A stretch of DNA of 64,000 bases from Macrostomum hystrix. Its lineage: Eukaryota; Animalia; Platyhelminthes. The position numbers and the translations under genes were made by a program. The stretch spans positions 868,001-932,000 of the forward strand of contig CATNEN010000010.1 in the NCBI GenBank assembly GCA_950097015.1. The letters are read 5' to 3'. Each line of letters begins with the position of its first letter. The stretch's first letter is position 1. This document shows, in pieces, positions 1 through 11,187 of this stretch. Below the pieces are notes generated by a model that was not told the origin of the DNA, ran no database searches, and worked only from the letters and a program-made list of their open reading frames with translations.

Positions 1-3000
1 GCGCCCTTAACATGAACGATTGGAACTATAGTGGTAAAGCATAATCCTTGCACACTGGGTCAGTGACCTGACAAGAGGTCGAGGACAATCACCAGCTCTG
101 CATGGCTTACCAAGATATCGATAGAGGAATTTTTTGCACTATACTATTTATCTCTGGCTTCTAACCCCCTACAGGTAGACAGCAGCTTCATCGGTGAGCG
201 ACATGTGGAGTGCCATTCTCCTTTGCTTGCAGAATCCAGTAAAACAGGCTGTGGAATCTTCAGTGCCTCTCCCAATCCCTTGCCATGCAGTCTTCTGTTG
301 AGCGATTCCTGCAATGTCTGGCCCACTCAAGAGGCCCTGCCCAGCTGGCATTCCCGCTGTGAGACGGAAGGACTGATCGCATCATAGCATTCTTCCGAAA
401 TTTATTATCCTTTTTCGCTGGCGCACTGAATCGGATCCGACTACAAGGAGCCTGTCAGTGAAGGGAGAATTTAGCCAGCGCGTCTGTTCAGTTGTCAGGG
501 GAAACCAACTCGACGAAGCGTGCTCAACAGGGACCTGGCCTTCATTTCCGTCCAGACACTCTCCTAGGTAAAAGCAATATGTTGACGATCCAAAATTTCA
601 GTTTTAATAGTGACTAGGTCATCAATCAATATGCCCAACAAATCAACAGAGGTCAATCAATCAGCTGGTCGCGTACTTCGCAATGGCTCAAGTTTCTTTC
701 ACAACTTACTGACTTCCCACTTGTTCATCTGCGAAATTCTGCCGCTTTTTAAACCTCATGGTCGTTTCTTTCCCAATGCTTTGGCTTGTTAAAGCGGATG
801 TACGAGTAGTTGACGCCTCATTGTTGCGGAAAAATTTTCAGCTTAAGCGAGCCGAGCGTCAACAACAAAAACACGCTTACCTGTGTGTTAGGAAGTTGAA
901 AGCACTCCAACCGGCTCACTAATGCTCCAGTTTGATGCTTGAACAAGTTGAGCCAACAATAAGCTGGCTTTTTAGTGTAGAAAATATACCTGGTCAGAGA
1001 GGCGTTTCAGCTCAATTTGATCAATACATTATTAACCACATGACTGGCACACGTGACGCCTGACACACATGGTTTGTCGTGCCAAACCCAAACGTCCATA
1101 TCTTAACTGTAGAAAGACCTATGTTCCCCCTTCCCCTTTAGTTTATTACGAACTAACGTTCTCAGCCCTCCAACGTCAGCATCGTCGAGAAATTCAGCGA
1201 TTCTTCACGAAGACTCTGGTGACAAGGAAAACTAACAATGCTCGGTTCTATGAGTATAATAAAATAATGAACAACATAATCAATGCAAAATAATCAATAA
1301 TAGTTGCTGACATAATTACATGATAAAATTTTGCTGAAAACTTTTGTCTATTTTTGCGGTTTTTTTGCCACCAGAAACCCCGACGAGAATCGTTTAACAT
1401 CTCGAGGATGCCAATGTTTTGAGATTCTGGAAGTTGTTTCATCGGATAGAGCAGAAAATTTTAGCCATGAGTTTTCATGGCGACTCGTTGAATATTTTGG
1501 GAAATCAAGGAAAAAGAAAAATGTGGATATTTTAAATACCCCCGTGGTTATACAATCGATGCCCTACAATAGGGGTCGGCAAATTTATTAGCTAGCGGGT
1601 AAAAGAGAGAACCTAATAGACGACAGCGGGCCGCATTGACAGAAGAAATATGAAATAGGGAAGAGGTGAGACACAGGAGAGACGAGACCGAGGAGAGATG
1701 AGACGGGAAAGATAAAACAGGATACTGTAGGTTTCGGAAGGGGCCACGGGCCGTATTTGGGAGCTTCGAGGGCCGCATCTGGCCCTGAGTTTCCGACCAC
1801 TATACTCTATAATATGTGCTGCTGAACACGTCGCTTCCTCTCGTGCCGCGATCCCTTCCAATAAACTGCAGCTTGTACATCGCATCATCGCATCACGAGA
1901 CCGTAAATAGATGCACTTTGAGCAACGGTTCGGAGAAAGCTCAGCAAGACTGGCAGTCTCGGAGTAAAGCGAAACGCAACCGGACAGCTTTTGCCAAGCT
2001 CAGCGGGCTGTGAAATTGATTGGCCCCACCCATTCACTCGCGCTGACTGCAATTCAAAACGCCCAGGACGCACCTTCCAACTACAGACGGAATGTTGTTG
2101 CGCATTCGTCCAATGGGCATTTGCTTGGCGCCTACAACATTGTCTTTAGTAACAGTTACACTCTGGGATAGCCCAATTAGCTTCGCGACCCTCCGTGACT
2201 GCACGAGCTCTGCTGGGGCTATGCTAAAGTCGCATTCGCAGGCAAGCACGAGCGACCGGGCAGCTCGCTTCGCTGAATAATTGCATATAACCCTGATGTG
2301 GATGCCGCTAATGCCACTGCAGATCAAGCAATGTTTGTCTTTTACGGGTCTCTCGGCTAGTCGCTCGAGTTGAGCTTGTTAGAACTTGGCTCGATTGCTG
2401 GGACAACTAATTAACGCGCAGTAAACTGACGAAAACTTTCCAACAGCCTTCGCATAAACAAATCGAAATAGTTACCCGGTTTCGATCCCGAGGATTCTTC
2501 TTTGCGTGACATTTTTTGTAACTTCACCAAAAAATAATGTCTACTTTCGAAAGGGAGTTATTGCTAAAACAATATATTTCTCATTTTAAAGGCCTTGTTG
2601 TTTCGATATACATAAGGCATCGTATTTCATAACGATGAATCAGATATCAACAACAATATCGTTTGGACAACACAGGACATAGTATGTCAGATGAAGGCAC
2701 TGCTTTGGCTGTCAGGATAAGAAGATATGATCGATAATGGGCTGGGATCAGATTTGATAAATGCTTAAAAAGCAGTCCTTATCCCCATTATCTGAATTTC
2801 GGGTATTTACTCCCCTCTTCTCAATCAGCGACAATAAGTTTCAGAGCATTTGAGTAGTTCCCAACCCAAGTGGAAGCGTTCAATGATTTGATAAGGGGTC
2901 AGAGGAGTTAGAGCGAGCTTGAAGTGCCACTCGGTGGATCGCAGCGCCGGGCGAAGTGCAAGTCCATGTGGCTTCTTCTTAGTCAAACAAGTGCCAGATC

Positions 3001-3860
3001 CCTGTTTCTCTTCCTCTATATAAGACCGCAAGAATTTGTTGCAAAACTGCGGAGGCAGAGAGCGCTACTGCGAATCCCGCCTGCAGGAAGGGGGAAAGTC
3101 AAACAGGCGTGCTGGCAAACTGGATTTGAAATAATCGCATAGAGAGCGGTGCCCGTCCCCGGGTTTCCAGATCCAGTAGTGTTGATTCCGCACTCTATCG
3201 GCCGTCCCTCAATGCCCAGTCAGGGGGTATGTAGGCAATGCAATGTCCGCACGGAGCAGCAACAGCAGCCGTCAGAGACATATTGTTTGGAAACAAAAAA
3301 TACTCGAGAAGACCTCATAGAACTTCAAAGGAAATCCGATCTGAGTTATGAAGGCTCAGTTTTTGCCTTTTCTTGACACCTTTTCTACATGCGGCGCGCA
3401 AGAATGCTCGGGTCGCATTTCGCTTTGAAGGATTCATAGTAAATATTTAAATATTGCGAGGCTATGAGATCAGGCTGCAAGACTTACACAGAGCCAGCAG
3501 TGATTCTTCTAGCGATTGCATTATCAAGGCTATCGAAATCATGATTGGCAGGGAGCTTAGCACTGGAGACTCCCTGCTACTCCCAATCACGCATTGTCAA
3601 AGTGTCACTCCGTCACAATGCCTAAGCTGATCAGGAAATAAAGGCATCAACTGGTAGGCGCTGAATGGATTTGAAAGACATTCGACACCAGCTTGACGCG
3701 TCTCGTGTCTGAGCTCCCTTGTCCCTCAGATCTTTCGGCTCGATACCGGGGCACAGCAAGGTTTTGTCGGAGGCAAAGTGAATCAATCGATTGGCGAGTC
3801 GCTCTGGGGGCTGTGTGTGCAGACAAGTTCCCGCTCCCAAAGGAGAGGTGAGAACTCAAG
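1..3860 (-). pseudogene. Possible heavily decayed non-LTR retrotransposon fragments within the GPCR intron
   Basis: The minus strand has an APE-endonuclease-like segment (HYWIWKPGDGHRSLCDY, ~3131-3190). Downstream are RT-like segments (LLSTLRRVGFP ~480-520; FRLTAGMPAGQGLLSGP ~320-370; YRYLGKP ~105-130). The order is correct but stops are frequent and similarity is weak. Confidence 0.3.
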
Positions 3861-4107
3861 ACGCACCTGCTGAGGCTGATTGATTAGCAAGCTAATCACA
3901 ATTAATGATTGCCTCCTTGCCGAAAAACTCGCCGCCGCGCACGCTCGGATCTCGTTTTGCTCCGAAGAATTGGATTTCTTAGTGCATGCGCCATAGGGGG
4001 GGAGAGGAGCGGGGGTTTCTGGTTCCTAATCCTTATCTCACACTAGCAGTTCAGCTCATTAGTGTGCCGGCAACACTGTGACAGCTTGTATCAGCGCCGC
4101 CTCTCAC

Positions 4108-4484
4108 CTGTCAATCGCCATAGCCAGAAGGGTGTAGACTGACACTCCGACAGTCAGAATGCGGCAGAAGTAGAGCGTCTTGCAGAACACGGTGGGCAAA
4201 TGAAGGCCGAAGTTGCTGGCAATGTCGCACGGCACAAAGAGCAGCAGGTAGACGCAGTCCGCCACCGCCAGGTTGCTGATGAACAGGTTGGGAGTGGTGC
4301 GCAGGTTCCGGTGGCTCACAATGGTGGAGATGAGGATGAGGTTGCCGGTCAGGCCGAAGCAGAAGATCAGGCCTTGCAGACAGATGTGGGCAACCTCCTG
4401 AGCGCCGATGGCAGGCGTGTACTCGGTGAAGTTCGAGCAGCTCGAGTTGGCACCGACCGTGCCGTTGGCAATGCTTGCGCTCAT
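4108..4484 (-). CDS. Class A (rhodopsin-like) peptide GPCR, first coding exon (TM1-TM3); remainder not found in the window
   Basis: N-terminal N-x-S/T sites, TM1 GLTGN, TM2 NLAVAD, TM3 ending MAIDR. A splice donor AG|GTGAGA at 4108/4107 falls inside the DRY codons. An acceptor TTTGCAG lies just upstream of the ATG. Confidence 0.9.
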
Positions 4485-7400
4485 TTATCTACGCTGCAAA
4501 TGGGAAACACGGCGAAATAAATTTATGAACCAGATCAGGTCAGTGTTGAAATCAACTGCCACTTTATGATGCGAAATGTAGTAGCGAAATATACACAGGC
4601 ATCTCTCCAGGGAGAAGGCAATATAAATACCTCCAGTGAGTGCCCTGATCATTAGCTTAGCAAACTGGTGCCTGCGTCTTCTCCTGCATCTCCATTTATT
4701 TCTGCATCTCTATCTCTCTCCCACTGCAAGCGCCTGGGGTGGTTATTCTTGGCCTGTCCCTTCAATAATTCCGACCTGCATAAGCAAGTGCCTGAAGCCT
4801 CTGCACGCAGTGATTAATGAGATTTGCTGTGAACACTTGTTCCTCGCGTATCACTTTCTTTCACTCTGCTCTCTCATTCCGGCCATCCGTCGGTAGCGAT
4901 TTGACCAGTTGCCTGGCGCTTGGCGGACTGTACAAATAAATCACTGACGGCACGCGCACCTGACGGGGATCTGCGATGGCTCCTTGAGTGGTCTCTCTAG
5001 TTTTTTGAGCCACCGATTTAGCCGAACTGTACTTTGAATACTGGATGTGGATGAATACTTTTGTGAGTGAAGCTTTAGATTTAAGTGTAGGCGCAAGAAA
5101 ATAGAGCGGAGTTGCAAGCCGAGGCTCCAGTAGCCACTGAAACTGAAGTGGTCATCAGCTTGTCTGGGCGGCTGTCTCGCAGAAATCATATTTCTTTCAG
5201 GCACCGCTTTTTGAGCACACTCTAAAATGCTATTCTCAGTCACACAAAGGGTTCTGGCTATGCTCACGAACCCGACAGCTGCTCTGGCAGGGGCCGCTAA
5301 AAGTACGACTCCGCAGAAACGCGAAAGAAAGACCTGAAACTCGATCTTGCCGCCTCTGTCTCGTTCGCCTCGTTAGTGCGTGGAAGGACAGCTCCGCGGT
5401 CCTGCTGCTGAGTCTCTTATTTTTCAGGCAGTAGGAAATTGGTTCGAATCGATTTTATCTGCGTGTTGGGCAGGAGCCCCCTAAACCAGTTCTGCCGTGC
5501 CGTCTACACATCATTTTGTGCTCCAAAGTTTCTTTGAGTGACCAGTTCGATCTAATTTTCCCATTGTGGTGGGCTGGAAACCTCCTGCTGTACATGAACC
5601 CGGGTTCAGGTTCGGGAACAGTTTAGTTATGAGCGTAAGTCGCGGGGATTCCATGTTCCAGACCTCGATCTGCGACTCGTAATAGTGATACTATGAAGCT
5701 ACGCCTAATATGTGGACATGTCTTTGTTTTCAAATCAATGACAACTTGACTTACCGGAGGTGTTGTACAAGCTGAAATAATAAGTTTTGTATGCTATTAA
5801 TTAGATAGAAACACCAAAGGAATTACGAATTCTATGTTTCCGCTTCAGCAAAATGCAATCCTAATTTTATGGGGCTTCACAGACACCTCAACCGCCACCA
5901 CCCCTGCAACGCTTTGGACTCGCCAATCGGCGTCGGCCAATCAGCGGTGGAAAATGCCTTTGTGTGTATTTTCTTACAGATGGCCGGCCACCTCCAACCG
6001 CCTTGAACTCCCTTCTTGGCTTTAATTCCAGGCTTTTGCCAGCCGTCTAAATTGCTGTTCGGTTCCTGTCTGAATTATTAGATCATCAAAGCTGCCTGAA
6101 GAGCATAAAACTGGCCGAAATCAAAGCAGGATTTCAGCCCGGTTTCAGCAGTGGGTGCAACTACAAACGTGATGTTCCCAGCCCAGCTGCCGTAGCACTT
6201 ATCTTGTTGATGAAAATCATCGGCAGCGCTGGTTCCCATGCTGCGAAAACTGATGCTAACGAATCCCCCGGAGGGAGGAAATGCAGGGCAGGGCTGGAGG
6301 GTCCGTATGATCAGCCAAGAAGAATGCCACCAGCAGTGCCAGCCCGTCAGTGCGAGTGGTTTTCATATGCAGCAGTTCTGCGTTCGACCCTGAAGCTATA
6401 TAGAGTGTGCTAAGCAGATGAAAGGCCTTCATCCTTCTTCTTGCCAAAATGTCAGGCTTAATATTCCGACATTGACGAATCCAATGGAAACCTATTTGCG
6501 CATCCGTCAGTGTCGGCTACTTATTCCGTTACTTTAATGCAAAACCGTGCTCTCAGAAACGATCCTTTTGAGGAGCAGATGCCTATTAGCCAGTTTTGAA
6601 AGGCCCTGTCAGTGCCAGGTCTTTGCTGGACGTCGGAAAATTCGCACTCTGATCGTTATTGAGCTTTTTGAGGTGCTGGTTCTTTCATGTAGCCTTTGTT
6701 AGAGCTCGAGCTGTTTCTACTCCAGTTTCTGATCCGTTTTGTCATGTCGCTAAGGTAGAATATCTCCATTCTATTTTATGAGTTCTTCTGAAACTGATGG
6801 AAGCCTTTATTTCAAGCTTGTCTTAAACTCTTGATTTTCTAGCAGTGTCGTCTTTTTTGCTCGTAGCGTCAGATGAAAATTAAACATTCATTTAAGTATA
6901 GACATGAAGGTTGTGGCCCTAGACCGAAAAATCTTCTCTTCATAAAGAGAGGCAGATTTATTTTCTACTTCATATTCATCACAACGAAAAAAATATGCCA
7001 AAAATGTGTCAGTCATCGAAATTTTCAGCGGCATCCAACTCCGAGCCTTCAATCTCATCGTCAGGCCAATCCATGGAGGAGTCGGTCGTTCAGTCAAAGA
7101 GTGCATCAGCCACATAGGTGGTCGATATGCGCTGATTCAAGTGCTCCGAGCTGCGATGGAAGCCGTGATTTATGTTGGCCAGCCAAGCGTCCTTGCCGAA
7201 AATATTCTGCGTTAGGATGTCGTGAACTCGGCGACAGCGCCGGAATAACCGCGTCTTCCAGCCGTCGCAGATGAAGGAGTCGGAGGTCACGGACCAGTTG
7301 TCACCCAGTAGGGACAGGCCCAAGCGGGTCCGCTTCTCCCGGCTGAGCTGCTTATCCTTCATGCTTGTCTGGGCTTGGTACTCGCTAATAAACTTCCCAC

Positions 7401-7582
7401 GACATGCGAAAAATGAATATTTATTTATGACAGCAAACTCTGCTTCAGCTTCGGCCATAGACAACAATTACAAGATTAAAATTCGAGTAGGAACTAAAAG
7501 TGCAGCCAAAATTGTCAAATTAGAAACGATGTCCGAAGACGTTTGCGGCCATAGATAAGTAAAAAAAATAGGTGATAATGTA

Positions 7583-9094
7583 TACCTTTTTACGTTCTTA
7601 CCTTTTATACTTTTTTTTATAAAAACTGCAGCCAATTTGGCCACGGCTCAGCCTGACGCAGCCGCAGCAATTTTCCATAGACAACCGCCGCTAGCAGCAA
7701 CCAATTTGGTAAAAACTGCGAGCTATTTTGCCAGCTTGAAGATATCATTCTTATCATCACTCTGATGGCGAATCCTGGGCCGTACCAAAAGATAAGTCAG
7801 CTGGATCGAGAGCGAATCGTGAGAGCGTACAGGAATGGCGACGACTGGAGAGAGCTTGGCAGAATGATGGGGATGAAGAAACCGACAGTGAGGAACATCG
7901 TGACCACGTATGAAAGAACTGGTAGAGTTGGCACTCTGCCAAAAGGAGGAGTGAAGAGGATGGCGCTGACTGAGGCTATGGTGGACACCATTGTTCAATT
8001 CGTTGAAGGTCAACCTACTGCGACGCTGCAACAAATGAGAGAGCACCTGCTGCACCAACACAATGACGTTGCCAAAGTGAGTCTGACCACTATCAGTCGT
8101 GCTCTGGATGGTCGCCTCATCACCCTGAAGTTGCTGCGCCAGGTACCTGTGAACTGGAACATGCCTGTTACAAAGGAGGCGCGAAGGATGCACGTCGAAT
8201 GGATGCTGGACGAGGGAAGCCAGGTGAACACCATTTTCATGGACGAGTTTGGGGTGAACATCTGTACGGCGAGGACTCAAGGCCGCTCTGCGAAGGGGCT
8301 CCCAGCTGTGACTGTCGTCAGCGGACAGCGTGGGCAGAATCTCACCATCTGCCTGGCCATCTCGCAACTCGGCCTCGTTCACAGCACTCTCGTTGAAGGA
8401 GCTGCTTTAAGAACGAGCACTTCGTGGAGTTCTTCTCTGAGATCGATGTTCTGATGGAAGAGGAGTTTGTGCTATTGTCCGATGGGGCACGCGCTCACCT
8501 AGGTGTCCCTGGGATGTCTGAAGGTCATGCTCACCGATTCCTGCCTCCATACTCGCCGTTCATCAACCCGGCGGAGTACGCAGGCTCAGCGCTGAAGGCC
8601 AAGCTGAAAAGGCAACTGCAATCACCTGCCATTCAGCGCGAGGTGGCAGATACTGGACTGGCTGCTGCAGCAGGTGCGACACTGCATCAGCACAGGATGC
8701 GCATTCTGAAGAGAGAAGTGCAGCAAGCACTGAACTGCATCACGCCTCTTAAGTGCCTGCGCTGGATCAACCACTCCCAGACGGACTTCAATCGGTGCTT
8801 GAATGCCGAGGACATAATGTTATGAATTCGTGTTCTGACTTCTGACTGAGGACATATTGTTATCATTCTTTATCGTTATTGTTATGCTATCGCTCCCTAT
8901 TTCGCTACTGCTGTTGACAGGGCAGGTCAAATACAGCAGTGAGCTGCTATCTTCAAGCTGGCAAAATAGCTCGCAGTTTTTACCAAATTGGTTGCTGCTA
9001 GCGGCGGCTGTCTATGGAAAATTGCTGCGGCTGCGTCAGGCTGAGCCGTGGCCAAATTGGTTGCAGTTTTTATCAAATCGAACGTAAAAAGGTA
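7583..9094 (+). mobile_element. IS630/Tc1/mariner-type DNA transposon with ~150-160 bp TIRs and TA target duplication
   Basis: Left TIR ~7583-7744 (TACCTTTTTACGTTC...CCAGCTTGAAGATA) is the reverse complement of ~8948-9094. There is TA at both ends and a central transposase. Confidence 0.92.
7765..8825 (+). pseudogene. DDE transposase split by a -1 frame break near 8405
   Basis: ORF 7765-8454 has an HTH N-terminus and FMDEFG (first D). The -1 frame (KNEHFVEFF...) continues with LLSDGARAH (second D) and LPPYSPFINPAE (E), ending at 8825. Confidence 0.88.
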
Positions 9095-9177
9095 TATTTA
9101 TTCCGCAGTTGGAGCCAGATAAGAAGATTTAATGTCGCCTTTTTTTATTATTATTTTTTTTTTATCATTTTTTTATC

Positions 9178-9340
9178 GAGCGGATCACTAATGCGACACT
9201 CTATCGCCGCGCCGGCCTGGCCCGTCCAAGTGAACTGCTGCGAACTCGGCGTTTCGTCGACTGCCTGCTGGCCGATGCTGGCGCCCCGGACACTGCCGGC
9301 GGTGCAGCCTTTGTTCGCGCCCAGGTTCTGAAGCGTGCAC
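9178..9340 (+). mobile_element. Short RTE-like LINE remnant (post-RT region)
   Basis: Translates as ERITNATLYRRAGLARPSELLRTRR, which resembles the RxxNxxLYxRxGLxxxSxxLRxRR segment C-terminal to RTE-clade reverse transcriptases. Confidence 0.55.
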
Positions 9341-9614
9341 TGTGATCTACGCTGCTTTTTTCCACCTGACAGCGTATTTTGTTGTTGTTGTTTTTTTGCT
9401 TCACTAGTATAAATTTAATATATAATATCAGATTTAAAATTACATTATATACTTAAAGCGTGTCTTAGTCTTACATGCAAACACTTTGATTGACCTTACA
9501 CACATTGCATGCTTATAATGCATTATGGCAAGTGGTGACTTACTTTTTTCTATACATGCATCTTAAAGTGACAGACGTATTTCAGCTGGCCGTGATTGTG
9601 CACTGTCGATACTA

Positions 9615-9770
9615 TCTTCTAAAATACTAAAAATGAAAATCTTGCTTGCTTGCTTGTAATTGATTTTCTCCCGAACGGCTCAACCGATTTTCACAATTCC
9701 TTCGCCAAAAGATCACAAATGGGCCGGAATCGGTACACGTATTTTTATCTTATATACTAAAAATGAAACT
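9615..9770 (+). mobile_element. Possible non-autonomous Helitron-like 5' end
   Basis: A|TC start, AT-rich TACTAAAAATGAAA, a (CTTG)n microsatellite, then AACGGCTCAACCGATTTT; this layout is recalled from non-autonomous Helitrons. The start motif recurs at ~9747-9768. No 3' hairpin/CTRR end was found. Confidence 0.4.
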
Positions 9771-11187
9771 TATTAATGCTTCACAACAGGGTTTCAATAC
9801 AGCATCTATCATTGAGTCCCGTTCCGAAAAAGCCTTCCTTCACAAGTCACAAGTTCCCTCGAAGACGAGCTCAACTAAGAACTAAGACTAAAATTGCATT
9901 CGCAACCAAGCAGCATAACTATTCAACCATTCACAACTCAGTACAACTACACATGTACAACACTCAGGCACTGTAGCCTGACAAAAGCGAGCATAGATTT
10001 GTATAGAATCATAATATAATTTCGCATGTGTGCATGCGGCCTAACTAAGGCAAGCATTCTGCCCAGGAGTACAGTCGAATTTGGCAGCTGACAGGCAGTC
10101 CGCTTCTTAGATAAGGCCACTCTACGTTTAAGTTTTGTTAGTTGGCCAGTTTAAGTGGTTTCGTTGGCAGCTATATTATAGGCTTCTCTTTAGTGATCTA
10201 ATCACATTTCTGGGTTATTCTGAGATAATGACACTCTATTTTTTTCTAGTCGGTCGTAAGTCTAATATACTAAATAGGCTCGAGAGCTGCTTTTGAGATG
10301 TCAACTGCATGTCAATATTTTAAATTGTTTCGCATACATTCGTTACTTTTATACAACACCTTGTTAAATGCGAGGTCTTATAGCAGTAGAGTAACCGATC
10401 AAGAACAATTCTTGTTTCCCGAAGACATCTAAGCAATCAAAGCAACACAAAAGCTTCCTAGCCGCCAAGCATGCCCCAGCCAATCTGACATTGAATTTCC
10501 AGAAAAAACACATTTGGAAAATTCTGGTTGTGCCATGAGATGGATTTAAACCTGATTCCATCAAATGCAACACTATAAATTACTATTACTATTGGATTTT
10601 TCACCGAATTAAAGAATAGTACATATTGAAATGTGAATTGAATTAACCGGTAAAAATATGTCAAGAGAAATAACAATTTTCTCTCAATATATGTTAATTA
10701 AAAGAGTAAAAACGTACTTCCTACTCACACGCTGGTGTATGTTTTTGCAACAGTATTTGAAAGTGCAGATGAAATATTTTAGCAATATGAGCCATAATTT
10801 AAAATTTATTAATTTCAATTATTCATCGCCGGCGTCACGAGACGTGTCATTGTTATTTTTATCGAATGACATCATCGTTCAAGTTAATGTGATTTGCAGC
10901 TTTCTTTGTCATAAAAGTTTATATTTGGACAACTTATTTATATATTATTTGCTAACTCGACAAGCTAAGCTAATTTTTTTAAATTTCGGAGTTCTCGTCT
11001 GGAGTCTCAAGCTCGAAAAATTAATAGGCCTAATATGCTTTTTAAACCAAAGTCATATGTATTTAAACATAGGCCTAGCTAGAAGGAGGCTATTTTTTAC
11101 CTTTTACTTTTCTAGTTGTTAGTAATGTCTTACTGCAAAGACTCAATCTATTGCATAAAAAATCAACTATTAATACAGGCCATGGTC

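Noticed and set aside
4560-6870. Further GPCR exons or an identifiable element in this stretch
   Set aside because: Minus-strand frames look like decayed coding sequence, but I found no motif that supports a name.
7723-8382. 219-aa antisense ORF over the transposase, and similar antisense/alternate-frame ORFs over ZO-1, lectin, thioredoxin, 4E-T and C19orf44 exons
   Set aside because: These are expected shadows of GC3-rich coding sequence, with no independent motifs.
10658-11122. 154-aa AT-rich ORF
   Set aside because: F/L/I/K-rich composition typical of AT-rich non-coding DNA; no recognisable domain.
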